Both the position numbers and the translations under genes were made by a program. From a virus (lineage: Duplodnaviria; Caudoviricetes), in IMG/VR virus record IMGVR_UViG_3300034110_000285, positions 1-27,307 of that record: DNA of 27,307 nt; one strand, given 5' to 3'. Shown piece by piece: positions 24,988 to 27,307 of the stretch. The notes below the pieces were generated by a model. The model saw only the letters and a program-made list of their open reading frames with translations, was not told where the DNA came from and ran no database searches. How positions within the stretch are numbered: the first letter of the stretch is position 1; each line of letters begins with the position of its first letter.

Positions 24988-25389
24988 ATGAAAACATTAA
25001 AATTAGTATTAGCAGCATTAGCGTTTTTATCTTTAACAGCTTGCTCTACATTGAGTGACCAGGCAAAGGTAGGAAACATTCATAAGAACTACATAGGCCA
25101 ACATCAATACGTCAAAGATAATACTCAGTATGGCGTATCTGAAAAATGGACACCTAGCTTGGTAGGTGATTGTGAAGACTATGCACTGTTCATTTACAAA
25201 AAAGCTAAGAAGTTAGGTGTATCTACTTCAGTGTGGATCGTCAGAACAGAAACTAATGAGCCTCATGTTGTGGTTGTGGTTGGTGATAAATATGTTGTAG
25301 ACAATAGATTTAATTATGTTGTCGCTAAGGCTGATGTCCAATACAAATGGATCATAGCAGTACCACAAGCAACTTTAGAGAAGTATTAG
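24988..25389 (+). CDS. Lipoprotein, transglutaminase-like cysteine protease (BTLCP/LapG family)
   Basis: Lipobox LTAC; catalytic triad motifs GDCEDYA, EPHVVVVV and VVDN; own promoter TTGACA(24939)-16-TATACT. Confidence 0.8.
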   Translation: MKTLKLVLAALAFLSLTACSTLSDQAKVGNIHKNYIGQHQYVKDNTQYGVSEKWTPSLVGDCEDYALFIYKKAKKLGVSTSVWIVRTETNEPHVVVVVGDKYVVDNRFNYVVAKADVQYKWIIAVPQATLEKY

Positions 25390-25391
25390 AT

Positions 25392-25622
25392 GTGGAACAA
25401 GTCATCACTGAGGTATACCGTACAAACGAAAACAGGCAGGATTATACATTCACATCTTGCGTAACTTTGACCTACTTCGGCGATACAGTGTTTATCCAGG
25501 CTTTAAGTGGAACCTTCACTATTGCTTGTTGGCGTGAGTTAAGAACTTACTTGCAAGACAAGGGTATTAAAGAGGCAAAGTATTTAAGACGTGGAAAACT
25601 TGTGTCAGTGCAATACAAATAG
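25392..25622 (+). CDS. Hypothetical protein
   Basis: ORF 25347..25622; GTG at 25392 is the likelier start, as it avoids overlap with the upstream gene. Confidence 0.6.
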   Translation: MEQVITEVYRTNENRQDYTFTSCVTLTYFGDTVFIQALSGTFTIACWRELRTYLQDKGIKEAKYLRRGKLVSVQYK

Positions 25623-25650
25623 AAAGCCCCTCAACTGCGGGGCTTTCTTT
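25621..25650. terminator. Probable bidirectional terminator
   Basis: AGAAAGCCCC/GGGGCTTTCT between convergent genes. Confidence 0.7.
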
Positions 25651-25651
25651 A

Positions 25652-26054
25652 TTACTTGAGCCCTAATGCTTTTTCAATACGATCTAATCGTCTACGTTGA
25701 TATGCGTTTTCGATAACTTGTAAAGCACCATACAGCGCAGCTAATCCACCTTTATCTAAATCCTCATTACCAGCTATTGCAGCCCATCCTTTCCAGTCTA
25801 GACTGGCATGTTCAAAAGCCTTAATAACGTCTTGAGCAATTAAACCAAGTTGCTTTCTGATACCATTCAATGTCGATGTCTTCATCAATGTCAACAAGTT
25901 TGCCACCAAAGTAACCATATTCATCTAAACCATTCAGTGAAAGCCCAAGGTATTCTTGATCTCGGGTGAGGTCGTATATTGTAGTGAATATACCCCGCCA
26001 GATGCTTCTGAACATCGGTTTAAGAATGTTGGTTGTAATCACCGATGTGATCAT
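25652..26054 (-). pseudogene. Frameshifted remnant of a tail-fibre C-terminal chaperone (peptidase S74-like)
   Basis: LGLIAQDVIKAF...YGAL...QRRRLDRIE in one frame, with a second overlapping ORF in another frame; no intact N-terminal fibre. Confidence 0.55.
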
Positions 26055-26066
26055 CTGGTATACCCC

Positions 26067-26312
26067 TTATACGACATCAAATAAATCGTATTGGACTGTT
26101 CCGGTAACTTCAAATCGAATTGGTTGTGATCCTGTCTCAACGAAACGAGCAGTGGTGCTACGATGTGTTGCTACAGTAACCCAATCAGAACCTACCTTAA
26201 CTTGAATACGCAGAGCGTTATTAGACGTGTCTGAGTTATTGCTTACCTTCACAGATAAACGAAGGACAGGTACCGGGCTAGACTGTATCTGAGTTGTAGT
26301 GTATGTTGCCAT
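26067..26312 (-). CDS. Small late beta-rich protein
   Basis: Minus-strand GAGGA RBS and TATAAATA promoter upstream. Confidence 0.75.
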   Translation of the reverse strand: MATYTTTQIQSSPVPVLRLSVKVSNNSDTSNNALRIQVKVGSDWVTVATHRSTTARFVETGSQPIRFEVTGTVQYDLFDVV

Positions 26313-26338
26313 TTTAGTATCCTCTAGTTAGTTTTAAC

Positions 26339-26346
26339 TATTTATA
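26339..26346 (-). promoter_or_regulatory. T4-type late promoter
   Basis: TATTTATA on the + strand is TATAAATA on the - strand. Confidence 0.7.
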
Positions 26347-26362
26347 TTCTTAGAGGAGTATC

Positions 26363-26370
26363 TATAAATA
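26363..26370 (+). promoter_or_regulatory. T4-type late promoter
   Basis: Exact TATAAATA, back-to-back with the minus-strand copy. Confidence 0.75.
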
Positions 26371-26391
26371 TCTTCTTTAACTTTAAGGAAT

Positions 26392-26643
26392 ATGCAGATG
26401 AAGAGCTTTATACAATATCTTAATGAGTCTAATTACAAACTGTCTTTCAGAGCATCTGGTGCAAAGACATCCTCGGTAATGTCTACCGGCACTAAAGATG
26501 AAATGCTGGCACTGTTCAAAACGAAATATCCTAGCTACACTGTACATGACGATTTCGGATCTAAGTTTGCAGGTGGTGATGGGCTGTATGCAGCAAAAAC
26601 ATCAGGTAAAGGTGCAGGTGAAGTTTCTATCACTAAAGTCTAA
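26392..26643 (+). CDS. Internal head protein (IP-like) with capsid-targeting sequence
   Basis: Late promoter; MKSFIQYLNE matches the T4 IP leader pattern MKTYQEFIAE; small basic mature part. Start could be 26392 or 26398. Confidence 0.75.
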   Translation: MQMKSFIQYLNESNYKLSFRASGAKTSSVMSTGTKDEMLALFKTKYPSYTVHDDFGSKFAGGDGLYAAKTSGKGAGEVSITKV

Positions 26644-26651
26644 ATTGACTA

Positions 26652-26693
26652 TTGACTTACATAAAAGCCCACGTTAAAATGCGTGGGCTTTTT
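26652..26693 (+). promoter_or_regulatory. sigma70 promoter with the -10 as the loop of a terminator hairpin
   Basis: TTGACT(26652)-17-TAAAAT(26675); stem AAAAGCCCACGT/GCGTGGGCTTTT. Confidence 0.75.
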
Positions 26694-26702
26694 GTTTAAA
26701 GC

Positions 26703-26739
26703 GGATAGATTCAGCAACATGAACTATTCAACTATCCCG
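26703..26739 (+). promoter_or_regulatory. Leader copy of the stem-CAGCAA motif
   Basis: GGATAG-ATTCAGCAA-linker-CTATCC, between the promoter and the RBS of the DUF2828-like gene. Confidence 0.6.
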
Positions 26740-26760
26740 TACTATACAATGAGGTGAAAT

Positions 26761-27307
26761 ATGTCAAATTTATTTAATGCAGTTAACTCAGGCAACCATC
26801 GTACTCTAAACGGTGCAGCAACACATGGTACCACCAACAGCGCATGTTTAGATTTTTATTCTATCGCAGGGGCGTCTCGTGGTAAAGATATTAGCACTCA
26901 GTTTTCAGCAAGTTACCGCGAAGACCCTTCACTGACACTCAAAATTCTTTTCTGGTTGCGTGATGTTCGTGGTGGTGCAGGTGAGCGTACTCAATTCCGT
27001 AATCTCATCACTCAAGTTGTTACAGACAGCAATGTATTCGCTGTCATGCGTAAAATTGTAGAACTTGGCCGCTGGGATGACTTGCACGTCTTCTTAGAAA
27101 CCAAGTACGATGATCTGATGGTCTCAATCACCGCAGACGCTTTAGTCCAAGGTAATGCCTTAGCAGCAAAATGGACACCTCGTAAAGGCGTTATGTTCAA
27201 TCAGTTGCGTAAAAAGATGGAACTGACTCCAAAAGAGTTGCGTAAACTGTTAGTGAACTTGTCTAACACCGTGGAGCAAAAGATGTCAGCAGGCAACTGG
27301 TCAGAAA
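26761..27307 (+). CDS. DUF2828-like protein (Ro60/TROVE-related), 5' part; runs off the window
   Basis: Absent from the ORF track because it is truncated. GAGGTG RBS; my translation gives RTLNGA, ACLDFY, FWLRDVRGGAGER, GRWDDL, LAAKWTPR and VEQKMSAGNW. Confidence 0.82.
   Translation, partial: MSNLFNAVNSGNHRTLNGAATHGTTNSACLDFYSIAGASRGKDISTQFSASYREDPSLTLKILFWLRDVRGGAGERTQFRNLITQVVTDSNVFAVMRKIVELGRWDDLHVFLETKYDDLMVSITADALVQGNALAAKWTPRKGVMFNQLRKKMELTPKELRKLLVNLSNTVEQKMSAGNWSE

Noticed and set aside
27012-27200. 62 aa minus-strand ORF
   Set aside because: Antisense shadow of the DUF2828-like gene starting at 26761.

Overview
A 27.3 kb segment of a large T4-like phage genome, almost all on the + strand, with sigma70-type early promoters and T4-type TATAAATA late promoters. 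The host is probably a gammaproteobacterium (inference). Core genes: gp46 (3' part), an enlarged Alt-like ADP-ribosyltransferase, DexA exonuclease, gp43 DNA polymerase, dNMP kinase, UvsX, gp41 helicase and DsbA. A 7-deazaguanine cluster (queE, queD, TGT/DpdA-fold transglycosylase, queC) also contains a HAD nucleotidase, a class V PLP aminotransferase and a MazG-like pyrophosphatase, directly upstream of the polymerase. Two normal tRNAs (CAU, Arg-UCU) are followed by the most unusual element: a tandem array of five non-coding units (22162-22696). Each unit is a closing stem plus an invariant TACAGCAA motif, and carries either an isolated anticodon stem-loop or a circularly permuted tRNA body. 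A variant of the same motif sits in the 5' leader of a DUF2828-like (Ro60/TROVE-related) gene that runs off the window end, suggesting a phage Ro/Y-RNA-like ribonucleoprotein system of tRNA mimics. All family assignments come from motif recognition by eye; no searches were run.
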